A stretch of 64,000 nucleotides of DNA from an uncultured Planctomycetota bacterium (GTDB taxonomy: Bacteria; Planctomycetota; Planctomycetia; Isosphaerales; Isosphaeraceae): assembly GCA_963823665.1 (NCBI GenBank), contig CAWGMQ010000006.1, positions 192,001 through 256,000 on the forward strand, given 5' to 3'. Below are positions 52,535 to 64,000 of the stretch, piece after piece. The notes beneath the pieces were generated by a model that was given only the letters and a program-made list of their open reading frames with translations, searched no databases and was not told the origin of the DNA. Position 1 is the first letter of the stretch, and each line of letters starts with the position of its first letter. Made by a program: the position numbers and the translations under genes.

Positions 52535-52933
52535 GCTAGCTCCTTCCTCGAACCACGCCGCGGCGCCCTCCGCGCAGGGTCTTCCGCGGGTTCAGCAATG
52601 TGTAAGCCGGAAGAATCGAACTAACGAATGAAGGACGGCGAAGAGAAGCGAATCAATTCAACCAATCGCGAAGCCTGGGGCCAGTCGCCAGAACTGGCGA
52701 CCGGAGAGACGCCCTCGGTTACAATCAGCCGGAGACAGGTGCCTTGTAACGCAAAAAATTGACAACCTGACGTTTTTTTAATTCTGATTGACTTCGTTCA
52801 CTGTTCGTTCGCCAAGCGGGTTACAAATCGCCCCAGCCGGCTGACTACTAGTAATATCAGTGACGGTTTGCATACCCGCCGCGCCGCATCGCGCAAGCGC
52901 GCGTACCGGCTTCATGAGTGAATCCGCTCGAGG

Positions 52934-53560
52934 ATGGATCGAATGCGACTCAGGCACCCAGCAGGTCGACGGCTCTCGCGCCCGGCCGGATCCAGGGACT
53001 CGGTGGATGCCGAAACGCCCGCCTGCGCGTGCGGTCAGGAAGACCACCGGGCCGACTATCCCACGCTTCTGAGGCAGCACCAGACCCAGCTCTTCGGTTA
53101 TATTTATTCGCTGGTCCGCGACCTGGACGATGCCGATGACTTGTTTCAGCAAACCAGCCTCGTCCTGTGGGACAAGTTCGAGCAGTTCGACCACGGCAAG
53201 AGCTTCATCAACTGGGCGTGCGGAGTGGCGCGATACGAGGTCCTCAACTTTCTCCGGTCCCGCAGCCGAAAACGGCTCTACTTCAGCGACGAGCTGAATC
53301 TGGCGCTCGTGGAAGCCCACGAGTCGCTCGAGCACGAGCAGCTCGAGGAGCGGCGCACCAGGTTGGCAGACTGCATGAAAAAGCTGCGCCAGAAAGATAG
53401 GGAGCTGCTCGAGGCCTGCTACGAGCGCTCGGCCAGCCTGCGAGAAGTTGCCCAGCGCGAACGGCGTTCGACGCACAGCATCCACAACTCGCTGCGCCGG
53501 ATTCGCCGCGTCCTGTTCGAATGTGTGCAAAGAGGAATGGCCCGGGAGAGGATTGTATGA
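52934..53560 (+). CDS. ECF sigma factor (Rhodopirellula/Verrucomicrobium type)
   Basis: LFGYIYSLVRDLDDADDLFQQTSLVLWDKF...FINWACGVARYEVLNF...LRRIRRVLFECV. Confidence 0.9.
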   Translation: MDRMRLRHPAGRRLSRPAGSRDSVDAETPACACGQEDHRADYPTLLRQHQTQLFGYIYSLVRDLDDADDLFQQTSLVLWDKFEQFDHGKSFINWACGVARYEVLNFLRSRSRKRLYFSDELNLALVEAHESLEHEQLEERRTRLADCMKKLRQKDRELLEACYERSASLREVAQRERRSTHSIHNSLRRIRRVLFECVQRGMARERIV

Positions 53561-55206
53561 ACGGCCAGTGCGACCCAGATGGTGATTTCCCAGAGCTCGT
53601 CGACGCCTATTGCTCCGGGCTGATCGACGACGACGGCGTCCGCCGGCTCGAGGCGATCTTGCTCGCAGACGCCGGGCGGCGACGGGAGTTCGCCCGTTAC
53701 TTTCACCATCACACCGAGATCCAGTTTGCCGTGCGGGCCGGCCACGCGACCGACGCGGCACTCGACCGGCTTTCGCGGTTTGCCCCCGGGCCGTCCCCGC
53801 CCACCAGGATCGTTCGCTCCTGGCTGCCGCGTCCGCGGGCAAAGTTGCTCGCGGGCATCGCCGTGGGAATTGCCCTGGCGCTCTTCGCCTTCGCCGGCCT
53901 GCGCTTCTCTGGCCTGATCGGGCCGATTCGGCCGCGCCAGGACCGTAGCGTGCCCGAGCCCGCGAACGTTGCCTGGTTGATCAACGCCCAGGATTGCCGC
54001 TGGGTGGGCTCGGATCAGAAGCCCGGGCGAGACATGCGATCGGGGAAGCTGCTGCGCATGGAGCAAGGCCTCGCCGAGATCGAATTCGAGAGGGCGCTGC
54101 GCATCATCCTCCAGGGCCGGTCCGGCGTCGAGCTGGTGTCCGCGACCACAGTGCGACTTCTGTACGGCACGCTCACGGCCCGCGTGCCCGTGCAGGCGCA
54201 CGGGTTCACGGTGATTGCGCCGAGCGGCAGAATCGTCGACCTCGGAACGGAATTCGGGCTGTCTGTCGCCGACGGCGGCTCCACAAGCGTCAAGGTCTTC
54301 ACGGGCCTGATTAAGGTTTTTCCTCTCGCATCCTCCGGCAGCGGTGAACCCGGCGTGACGGTCGCACACGACCACACCGCCCAGATCAATGGCGGCACAG
54401 TGGCCCTTGACCCGCGCGTCTCCGAGAACGACACGGTATCGTACGTCCGCGCCATCCTCCCGCCTCCCGTTCGCGTGGCTCGCACGGTGAATCTCGATTT
54501 TACCAGTCCCACGCGCGGAACCTTGCTCGACTCGGGCGGCCGCGGCACCGGGCTGACGCACCGTCTGCCGGGCACGGGCTCTGCCCTCGCGGCGCGCGAC
54601 CCGAATCTTCGTCTGAGCCCTCTTCGACACGCTTTGGAGCTGACGACGACGCGCAGCGATCTCAACACCCAGGACAAGCTGCCCACCGGCGAATACCTGG
54701 GTTTCCGGCTGGCTGATCTGGGCTTCACCGGCAAGGAAGATTTCGAGATCAGCGCGCTTCTTCCCGATATCCCCGGTCTCAAGGTTGTCGGCCAGTTCGG
54801 GCTGTACGCCGGTTCTCGCAGCAACAAGAATATTCGCGGCGGCCTGATCCGCCGGCCCGACCCAGCTTCGTATCGATTGTTCCTGGTGAATAACCCCGAC
54901 GGCAACGACACCGACATCGACGAGATCGGCCTCATCACCATCGGAGACGACTTGCGGCTCACCCTCCGCCGGGTGAGCGGCCGCTACTCGCTCGAGCTCG
55001 AAAACTTGACGAGAAACAGCTCGAGCACGCTGGAAATCGCTCACGCGGCGTTCCTGGACGACGAGAAAGAGCTCCACGCCGGGCTCTTTGGTGCCAACAC
55101 CCAGAGCGATCACCGCGAAACCCTCACGATCCGCGAGTTGAAGGTCACCGTCTGGACGACGAAGCCCGCGAGTCCGACAATGGCCCAGAGAGCCACGAAG
55201 AACTGA
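53557..55206 (+). CDS. FecR-like transmembrane anti-sigma factor
   Basis: ATGA overlap with the sigma gene; N-terminal 'RRLEAILLAD..RRREF', TM, GFTVIAPSGRIVDLGTEFGLSV. Confidence 0.85.
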   Translation: MNGQCDPDGDFPELVDAYCSGLIDDDGVRRLEAILLADAGRRREFARYFHHHTEIQFAVRAGHATDAALDRLSRFAPGPSPPTRIVRSWLPRPRAKLLAGIAVGIALALFAFAGLRFSGLIGPIRPRQDRSVPEPANVAWLINAQDCRWVGSDQKPGRDMRSGKLLRMEQGLAEIEFERALRIILQGRSGVELVSATTVRLLYGTLTARVPVQAHGFTVIAPSGRIVDLGTEFGLSVADGGSTSVKVFTGLIKVFPLASSGSGEPGVTVAHDHTAQINGGTVALDPRVSENDTVSYVRAILPPPVRVARTVNLDFTSPTRGTLLDSGGRGTGLTHRLPGTGSALAARDPNLRLSPLRHALELTTTRSDLNTQDKLPTGEYLGFRLADLGFTGKEDFEISALLPDIPGLKVVGQFGLYAGSRSNKNIRGGLIRRPDPASYRLFLVNNPDGNDTDIDEIGLITIGDDLRLTLRRVSGRYSLELENLTRNSSSTLEIAHAAFLDDEKELHAGLFGANTQSDHRETLTIRELKVTVWTTKPASPTMAQRATKN

Positions 55207-55289
55207 TCAAGAGATCACGGCCGCGCACCGAAGGTGCCGTCCGGCAAGCCACCGTCAACCGACGTGCACCCTCGAGAGACCGACCAACC

Positions 55290-58200
55290 ATGCCACGCAC
55301 GCTCACACTGGCACTCCTGCTGGCCCTCTCCGTCACCCCGCTCGGACGCGGCGCGATGCAAGAGCGTGCCAACCCCAAACCCTCGCAGACGCCCCTCCGC
55401 GTTCTCTTTCTCGGCGACCGCGGCCACCACCGGCCCGCCGATCGGGCCGCCCAGTTGAAGCCCGTGCTCGCGGGCAGAGGCATCGACGTTACGTACACCG
55501 AGAAAGCCTCGGACTTGAACCGCGAGAACCTGCACAAATATGACGCTCTGTTAATTTACGCCAACACGGAATCGATCACGCCGGAACAGGAAAAGGCTCT
55601 GCTCGATTACGTCGATGAGGGTGGCGGCTTCGTGCCCCTGCATTGTGCGTCGTACTGCTTCCTCAACTCTCCAAAATACATCGCCTTGGTCGGAGCCCAG
55701 TTCCAGCGCCACGGCACCGGTGTCTTCGACACCAAGATCGTCGACGACAAGCATCCGATCATGAAAGGCTTCGAGCCGTTCCGCACCTGGGACGAGACCT
55801 ACGTCCACCGCAAGCACAACGAGCAAGACCGGCACCTGCTCCAGGTTCGCTCCGAGGGGGGCAAGGACGAGCCGTGGACCTGGGTGCGCACCCAGGGCAA
55901 GGGCCGTGTCTTCTATACCGCCTACGGCCACGACGCGCGGACCTGGCAGCAACCGAGCTTTCAAGACCTGGTCGAGCGCGGCATTCGCTGGGCCTCGGCC
56001 AAGGGAGAGGTCTTCGACAGCCGCCCCCGGGTCGCATCGGGGCTGCCGCCGTTCACCTTTGCCGAATCTCCTGTGGAGATCCCTAACTACCTCCCCGGCC
56101 GCCAGTGGGGCACGCAGGGCGAGCCGATCCGCCGGATGCAAAACCCTCTGTCACCGCAAGAGTCCAGCCGCCACCTGGTTCTCCCGGCGGGATTCGAGGC
56201 GAAGCTCTTCGCCGCCGAGCCCGAGATTTTTAAGCCGCTCTGCATGACGTGGGACGAGAAAGGCCGGCTCTGGATCGCCGAGAGCACGGACTACCCCAAC
56301 ACCAAGCGCCGCGACGGCCAGGGCCGTGACCGCATCACCATCTGTGCAGACACCGACGGCGACGGCCGCGCCGATTCGTTCAAGGTTTTCGCCGAGGGGC
56401 TGAACATCCCCACCAGCTTGCTCTGCTCGCAAGGCGGCGTGATCGTGCAGCAGGCGCCCGACACGCTCTTCTTGAAAGACACTGACGGCGACGGCCGCGC
56501 CGATCTGAAGAAGGTGCTCTTCACCGGCTGGGGAATTGGCGACACGCACGCCGGCCCCAGCAACCTGCGCTGGGGCTTCGACAACTGGGTCTGGGGCATC
56601 GTGGGCTACTCGGCGTTTCGCGGCAAAGTCGGCGGCGAGGATGTGCGGTTCGGGCAAGGTCTCTACCGCTTCAAGACCGACGGCTCGAAGCTCGAGTTCC
56701 TGCGCAGCACGAGCAACAACTCCTGGGGCGTCGGCTTCAGCGAAGAGGGGCTGGTCTTCGGATCGACGGCCAACGGCTGCCCCAGCGTGTACTTGCCCAT
56801 TCCCAACCGTTATTACGAGGCCGTACGGGGCTGGTCGGCCGTCAAGCTCGAGAGCATCGCGGCTTCGAATTCGTTCTACCCGATCACCGAGCGGGTGCGC
56901 CAGGTCGACTATCACGGCGGTTTCACCGCGGCGGCCGGCCACGCGCTCTACACGGCGCGTACCTATCCGCCCCATTACTGGAATGCGACGGCGTTTGTCA
57001 CCGAGCCCACCGGGCACCTGATCGCCACCTTCACACTGGACCGCAACGGAAGCGACGTCGCCGATTACTACGGCTGGAACATGCTCGCCAGCGACGACGA
57101 ATGGACCGCGCCGATCTGCGCCGAGGTCGGGCCCGACGGCAACGTCTGGGTAATCGATTGGTACAACTACATCGTCCAGCACAACCCCACGCCACATGGT
57201 TTCCAGACCGGTCGCGGCGCTGCGTATGAAACGCCGATTCGCGACAAGACCCACGGGCGGATCTACCGGCTCGTCTTTAAGGACGCCCCGGCCAGGCCCC
57301 ACCCCGCGCTCGATCCACAAACGCTGCCGGCCTGGTCGCCGCCCTCCGCGACGACAATCAGCTCTGGCGCATGCACGCCCAGCGCCTGCTGGTCGAGCGT
57401 GGCAAAACCGACGTCGTGCCCGAGCTGCTCAAGATCGTTGCTGGACAATTCGGTCGATGCGATCGGACTGAATGCCGGGCGCGATCCACGCCCTCTGGAC
57501 GCTGCATGGCCTGGGAGCGCTGGGCGCATCGTCTCCTTCGGCTGAATCGCCTCCTTCGGCTAAGTTTGCCGCAATCGCGGCTTTGCTCGCATCCATCCGC
57601 GGGAGTGCGTCGCAACGCGATCCAGGTTTTGCCCGTCGAGCCAGTCTCGGCTCAGGCGATCGTCAAGGCCGGGCTCTTGCAAGACAGCGACGCCCAGGTC
57701 CGGCTCGCGGCCTTCCTCGGGCTGGCCGATCAGCCCGCAACCGACGAGGCAGCCAAAGCCGTCGTGGCCGCGCTCCGTGGCGGAGCCGTCGCGGGCGACG
57801 TGTGGCTGCCGGAAGCGGCCACGGCCGCCGCGGCCCGCAACGACGAGGCGTTCTTGAAATCGCTTGCCGCGCACGGCGAGAAGCCCGCCGGGCCCGAGCT
57901 GATCGCGATTGCCACCCGCGTCGCCGAGCACTGGGCACGTGGCGGTCCGGTTGACGGCGCTCAGGGCTTGCTGGCATCCATGGCCGGCGGCGACCAAGCG
58001 GCCGACCGAAGCGATCATCCGCGGACTGGCCCGCGGCTGGCCCAAGGACAAGCCCGCGCGGCTGGACAAGGCGGGTGAAGAATCGCTCAAGCGGCTGATG
58101 GTCGATCTGCCGCCGGCCCCGCGGGGGCAGCTCGTGCGGCTGGCCGGGCTCTGGGGCAGCCGGGCTTTCGAGGAGCTCGGCGCCGAGATCGCCGAGCTCT

Positions 58201-59769
58201 CTGATCGCGACCGCGAAGAACGAGAAACTCGCCGAGCCCGCTCGCCTCGAGGCTGCTCGACAGCTCATCGAGCTGCGAGCCTCGGAAGGCTCCGTCGCAC
58301 GGCAGTTGCTGGACTTGATCGCCGCCGGCGGCTCGTCCGAGCTTGCGGCCGGTCTGCTTGACGCCGTTGCCCAGAGCAAAGCACCCGAGGTGGGTGCCGC
58401 GATCGCCGACACGCTGGCGAAGCTCAGGCCCCGCGAACGATCGCGCGGTTTGAGAATCATGCTCGGCCGCGCCGATTGGAGCCCGGCTCTGGTCGACGCG
58501 CTCGAGAACGGCAAGGCGCAGATCTCCGAGCTGGCCCTCGATCAGAAGCAAGCTCTTTCGGTGCATCCCGACCAGAAAATCGCCGAGCGTGCCAAGGCGC
58601 TGCTGGCCAAGGGAGGCGGCCTGCCCGACCCCGATCGGCAGAAAGTGCTCGATCGCCTCGCTCCGCTGCTCAAGGAGGGGGGCGACTCCGTTCGCGGCAA
58701 GGTCGTCTTCCAGGAACAGTGCTCCAAGTGCCACCGGCATGGCACGATTGGCGGCCAGGTCGGCCCGGACTTGACGGGCACCGGTGCCCTGCCGCGGCTC
58801 GAGCTCTTGACCCATATCGTCGACCCCAGCCGCAGCGTCGAGGGAAACTTCGTCCAGTACACCGTCGCCACCACCGACGGCCGCGTGATCAACGGCCTGC
58901 TCTCTTCGGAAACGAAGACCTCCGTCGAGCTGATCGACGCCGAGGCCAAGCGCCAGGTCGTGCTGCGCGAAGACATCGATGAGATGAAGGTCTCCAAGAA
59001 GTCGCTCATGCCCGAAGGATTTGAGAAGCAGGTTTCCACCGATGACATCAAAAACCTGCTCGCGTTCCTCACCCAGCCGATGAAGTTCCTCCCGCTCGAC
59101 CTGCGCAAGGTGGCCACGATCGCCAGCACCAAAGGCATGTTCTACGACGAGAACTCCGACATGGAGCGTCTGGTCTTTGCCGACTGGACGCCGAAGACCT
59201 TCTCCGGCGTTCCGTTCGCCCTGGTCGACCCCGAGTCGGGCAAAGTTCCGAACGTGGTCTTGCTCTACGGCCCGGACGGAAAGTTCCCACCCCAGATGCC
59301 GCGATCGGTCGAGCTTGCCTGCAACGCGAAGGCGAAGGCGATCCACTTCCTGAGCGGGGTCAGCGGCTGGGGATACCCTTATGGGACGAAGGGAAGCGTC
59401 TCGATGGTGGTGAGGCTCCATTACTCGGGCGGCTCGGTTGAAGACCACCCGCTGGAAAACGGCGTTCATTTCGCGGATTATATTCGCGTGGTGGACGTGC
59501 CCGGCTCGAAACTGGCATTCCAGCTGCGAGGCCGGCAGATCCGCTACCTGGCCGTGACCCCCAAGAAAAACGAAGTCATCCAGCGCATCGAGCTCGTGAA
59601 GGGCCCCGACCAGTCCGCGCCGATCGTCGTGGCGGTGACCGTGGAAGTCGCCGACGGAACCTGGAACCGCGCCCGGCAACCAGGATGTTGTGAGGCTCGC
59701 TCCTTCTCCCTCTCCCTCCGGGAGAGGGTCGGGGTGAGGGTGCTCCCCCAATCGTCCCTTGCGCCATGA
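55290..59769 (+). CDS. PVC-type heme-binding CxxCH protein (ThuA-like + dehydrogenase-like propeller + HEAT + cytochrome c), several frameshifts between 57320 and 58200
   Basis: GGFVPLHCAS...GKGRVFYTAYGH; FAAEPEI.KP..MTWDEKGRLW; DTDGDGRAD; HGRIYRL; CSKCH...VGPDLT...SLMPEGFE. Confidence 0.85.
59706..59741. repeat. REP-like palindrome CCCTCTCCC-TCC-GGGAGAGGG-TCGGGGTGAGGG inside the 3' end of the heme-protein ORF
   Basis: Differs from 18906-18941 at two positions. Confidence 0.8.
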
Positions 59770-59835
59770 ATCGGTTCCGGGACGCTCGACACGCGACTTG
59801 CCGCAATAGCCGATCACTTAACCCGGAGCTCGCCC

Positions 59836-62800
59836 ATGTCAGGATCGAAACGTGATTTGTTCCTGGTGTGTTTTTGTGTCCTTACACTCGGCGGGCCACT
59901 CGCAAACACGCCGGCCCAGGCCCGCCAGGATGCACCAGCCCCCGAAGCAGACGCCGAAGACCTCGGCCCGTTCGTCCCGCCCCCCGGCGACCCCTGGTAT
60001 TCACCGCCCATGCAAGCTCGCCCGGGGCGAACAGGCCCCGGCGACGCCCTCGTCTCGAAAGCCCGCATCACCCCGCACTGGTTCCACCAGAACGATCGAT
60101 TCTGGTATCGCAATGATCTGACCGCAGGCAAGCGTGAGTTCATCCTGGTCGACGCCGAACGCGGCACGCGCGAGCCGGCCTTCGACCACCAGAAGCTCGC
60201 GGCCGCTCTGACCAAAGCCAGCGCTGCGGCTGGCATCTCCGCCGAAAAGCTCCCGTTCGACGCGATCGAGTTTGCCGACGATGGGAAATCCATCCGGTTC
60301 CGCATGGGAGAAACGACCTGGCGCTGCGATCTGAGCACCTACGAGTGCACGCGATCCCAGGGAGCAATCACGAACGATCCTCCGGCCGGTCAGGCCGCAG
60401 ACGCCGGCCGCGCTCGCCCAGGGAGACGTGGCGACGGATCGTTTGCTCGCGCGGGAAAGTCGGAGCAATCGCCTGACAAGAAGTGGACTGCCTTCGTCAA
60501 GGACCACAACGTCTACCTGCGCCGTGAGGGAGAGCCACTCGAGACGAAGCTCACCGAGGATGGCAAGGAGGGCATGGCTTACGATCGCCTCTCGTGGTCG
60601 CCCGATTCGAGCAGGGTCGTGGCCTGGCGCGTCGAGCCCGGCGATCGCAAGGAGGTTTACCTCATCCAGTCGTCGCCGCCCGGCGGCGGCCGGGCGAAAC
60701 TGCAAACGCACCGCTACCCGCTGCCCGGCGATAGGTTTGATGTTTACGAGCTCAACCTCTTCGACGTCGCGGCGAAGAAGGGCACGAAGCCCAAGGTCGA
60801 CCGGGTCGATTTCGAGTCGCCAAGAATCCGCTGGCGAAAGGACGGCCGTCACTTTACCTACGAGAAAATCGACCGCGGTCATCAGCGGTTCGGCCTGATC
60901 GAGGTTGACTCGCACACCGGAGATTCACGCAACCTGATCGATGAGAAGACAAACACGTTCATCTGGACGGCGCACCGCGAGGCGCTCAACGTCGGCACCG
61001 TCACCTGGCTCGATTCCGACAACGAGATCATCTACGTCACCGAACGCGACGGCTGGCGGCATCTCGACTTGATCGACGCAAACACCGGCAAGCTCAAGAA
61101 CGTGATCACACCCGGATCTTACGTCGTGCGCGGCGTCGATCAGATCGACGAGGACAAGCGCCAGGTGTGGTTCCGGGCCAGCGGCAAGAACCCGGGCGAG
61201 GATCCATACCTCATCCATTATTATCGCGTGAACTTCGACGGCACCGGACTGATCGCGCTCACAGAGGGAAACGGCAGCCACACCGCCCAGTATTCGCCCG
61301 ACCGCCGGTTCTTGATCGACAGCTTTAGCCGCATCGACATGCCCCCGGCACATACGTTGAGGCGAGTCTCAGACGGTGGCCTGGTTTGCAAGCTTGAAAC
61401 GGCGGATGCAACCGCGCTCCTTGCCACGGGCTGGCAGCCGCCGGAGGTGTTCGTCGCCAAGGGCCGGGACGGCAAGACCGACATCTGGGGCATCATCTGC
61501 CGGCCCAAGGGGTTCACGCCGAACCGGAAATACCCGGTGATCGAGCAGATCTACGCCGGCCCGCAGGGATCGTTCGTGCCCAAGACTTGGAGCACCGGCG
61601 AGCAGATTCTCGTTCTTGACCGACCTGGGCTTCATCGTCGTGCAGATGGACGGCATGGGAACCGCCAACCGCTCGAAGGCCTTTCACGACGTTTGCTGGC
61701 ACGACTTGAAGGACGCCGGTTTCCCCGACCGCATCCTCTGGCACCAGGCCGCCGCGAAGAAATACCCGTACTACGACCTCGATCGCGTGGGCATCTACGG
61801 CACTTCCGCCGGCGGCCAGAATGCCACCGGCGGCGTGCTGTTTCATCCTGAATTCTACAAGGCGGCCGCCTCGGCCTGCGGCTGCCACGACAACCGGATG
61901 GACAAGGCCTCGTGGAACGAGCAGTGGATGGGATACCCGGTCGGTCCCTGGTACGCCGCCTCGTCAAATATCGACAACGCCCACCGGTTGAAAGGCAAGC
62001 TGCTCTTGATCGTCGGCGAGATGGATACGAACGTGCCGCCCGAATCGACCATGAGGCTGGTCGATGCACTCATCAAGGCCGACAAGGATTTCGAGCTTGT
62101 TGTCGTGCCGGGCGCCAACCACGGCATGGGCGGCGCCTACGGCCAGCGCCGGCTGCGCGACTTCTTCGTGCGGCACCTGCTCGATGACGCGCCGAACTCG
62201 CGCGACGCGTCACCGCCGCCCGTCGCGTCCACCGCGCTCGCTTCACTCCGCGCGCTCGATGACACCGCCGTGAGTGGGCGTTCACAGGCTCATGATTCCT
62301 CGAGCGCGGGGCTCGACCTCGCGGAAATGAGCAACGACCGCAGCGAGCTTCGCGGTGCGATCGAACGCCACGAGACGGATCGGGTAACCTTGCAGCGCTC
62401 CCTTCCGCCTTCTGCCTCGCCGCGCCGCGATGAGCGGTTGCGCGAGTTCACGAAACACTGGCTTGACGAGCTTGGCAATCTCGACTTTTCACCGATTGAG
62501 CCAGGACGGAAAGGTCGACTTCCTGCTCATGAAGAACCAGCTTGCGCACGAGCTGCGCCAGCTCGAAATTCGCGGCAAGGAGACAGCCGAGTCGGCCTCG
62601 CTCGTCCCGTTCGGCACCACGATCCTCGAGCTCGACCTGGCGCGCCGCCAGCTAAAGCCGATGACCTGGTCAACAGTCGCCGGCGATCTGACCAAGCTCG
62701 CCAAGCAGATCGGTGACGCTCGATCGGCCCTCGAGCGCGACTCTCGCGGCAAAGACGCGGCCAAGCGTGTGGTGGTCAATCGCGCACTGGCCACGACCGA

Positions 62801-64000
62801 AGGTCTGCGCATCGACGCTCCGCGGCTGGTTCAGCTTCTATGACGGCTACGACCCGATGTTCACGTGGTGGGTCGAAGAGCCGTACAAGGCCGCCGACGC
62901 GGCGATCGATGCCTATGCGACGGCCCTTCGACAAAAGTTCGGTGCTGTCGCGCGTGGCCCCGGCGAAGGATTCGGCCCCGGCGGCGGCCGGCGCCGCGGT
63001 CCTGGAGCCGGACCAGGCGGACCACCGCGCGAAGACGCCCAAGCAGCCGGCGCAGCCCGCACCGACCCCACGGCAGCGCGTCAGAGTGAAATCGTCGGCA
63101 ACCCGATCGGCCGTGATGCGCTCCTTTCCGAGCTCCAGTACGAGATGATCGCGTACACTCCCGAAGAGCTGATCGAGCTCGCCCGCACCGAGCTGGCGTG
63201 GTGCGAAGACCAGATGAAGAAGGCTGCGCGCGAGATGGGCAAGGGCGACGACTGGAAAGCTGCGCTCGAGCACGTGAAGACCCTGCACGTCGAGCCCGGC
63301 AAACAGCCGCCAGTTGATCCGCGACCTGGCTCTCGAGGCGATCGAGTACATGGATCGAAATCAGCTCGTCACCATTCCCCAGCTCTGTCGTGACGCCTGG
63401 CGCATGGACATGATGACTCCCGAGCGCCAGCTCGTGAATCCGTTCTTCACCGGCGGCGAGGTGATCAGCGTCTCGTTTCCGACCAACACGATGCCGCATG
63501 AGTCAAAGCTGATGAGCCTGCGCGGCAACAACATCCATTTCTCGCGCGCCACCGTCTTTCACGAGGTGATCCCCGGCCATCATCTTCAGGGCTACATGAC
63601 CTCTCGCTACAAGACCTATCGCCGCGCTCTTCGACACTCCATTCTGGGGCGAGGGCTGGGCACTCTACTGGGAGCTCCTGCTCTGGGATAAAGGCTTCGC
63701 GAAATCACCCGAAAACCGCGTCGGCATGCTCTTCTGGCGCATGCACCGCTGCGCACGCATCATCTTCTCGCTGGGCTTCCACCTCGAGAAGATGACGCCC
63801 AAGGAGTGCATCGACTTCCTGGTCGACCGCATCGGCCACGAGCGCGACAACGCAACCGCGGAAGTGCGGCGCTCGTTCACGACATCCTACGGACCGCTCT
63901 ACCAGGCAGCCTACCTCCTGGGCGGCCTGCAGCTCCGCTCGCTCCATCGCGAGCTGGTCGAATCGGGCAAGATGACCGACCGCCAGTTCCACGACGCGAT
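59836..64000 (+). CDS. S9 (DPP-IV-like) serine peptidase fused to DUF885 domain; frameshifts near 61600, 62490, 62810, 63310 and 63630; runs off window
   Basis: DPPIV_N-like propeller, [18 protein letters not shown] (Ser), GEMDTNV (Asp), PGANHG (His); then [11 protein letters not shown] and EGWALYWE of DUF885. Confidence 0.85.

Overview
GC-rich bacterial chromosomal window with a strong Planctomycetota signature (DUF1559 prepilin-like, DUF1501, PVC-type CxxCH heme proteins, LExLE.R-type secretion motif, three ECF sigma factors, giant HEAT-repeat protein); Isosphaeraceae-like by inference only. Housekeeping-type genes (rny-ymdB, prpB, ACP-plsC, YqeY) alternate with short accessory patches that begin at small REP-like palindromes. 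Roughly 25 single-base frameshifts split otherwise intact genes and most likely reflect uncorrected long-read indels, so many CDS below are reconstructed across them. Highlights: (1) two near-identical IS1182-like elements (35529-37180, 39960-41612), each inserted at the TCC loop of the same palindrome CCCTTCGC-TCC-GCGAAGGG with the TCC duplicated; (2) several unrelated REP-like families sharing a TCC/TCT triloop; (3) a Phd-like antitoxin followed, in place of a PIN toxin, by an ADP-ribosyltransferase-like gene with an in-frame TAA plus a small coupled partner; (4) a secreted VIT-VWA + VWA + OmpR-type regulator + histidine kinase operon with a Pho-box-like tandem repeat at its promoter; (5) a nucleotidyltransferase-motif ORF at the left edge missed by the ORF track; (6) an S9 peptidase-DUF885 fusion. 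No rRNA, tRNA or CRISPR array was recognised. All family assignments come from motif recognition, not database searches.
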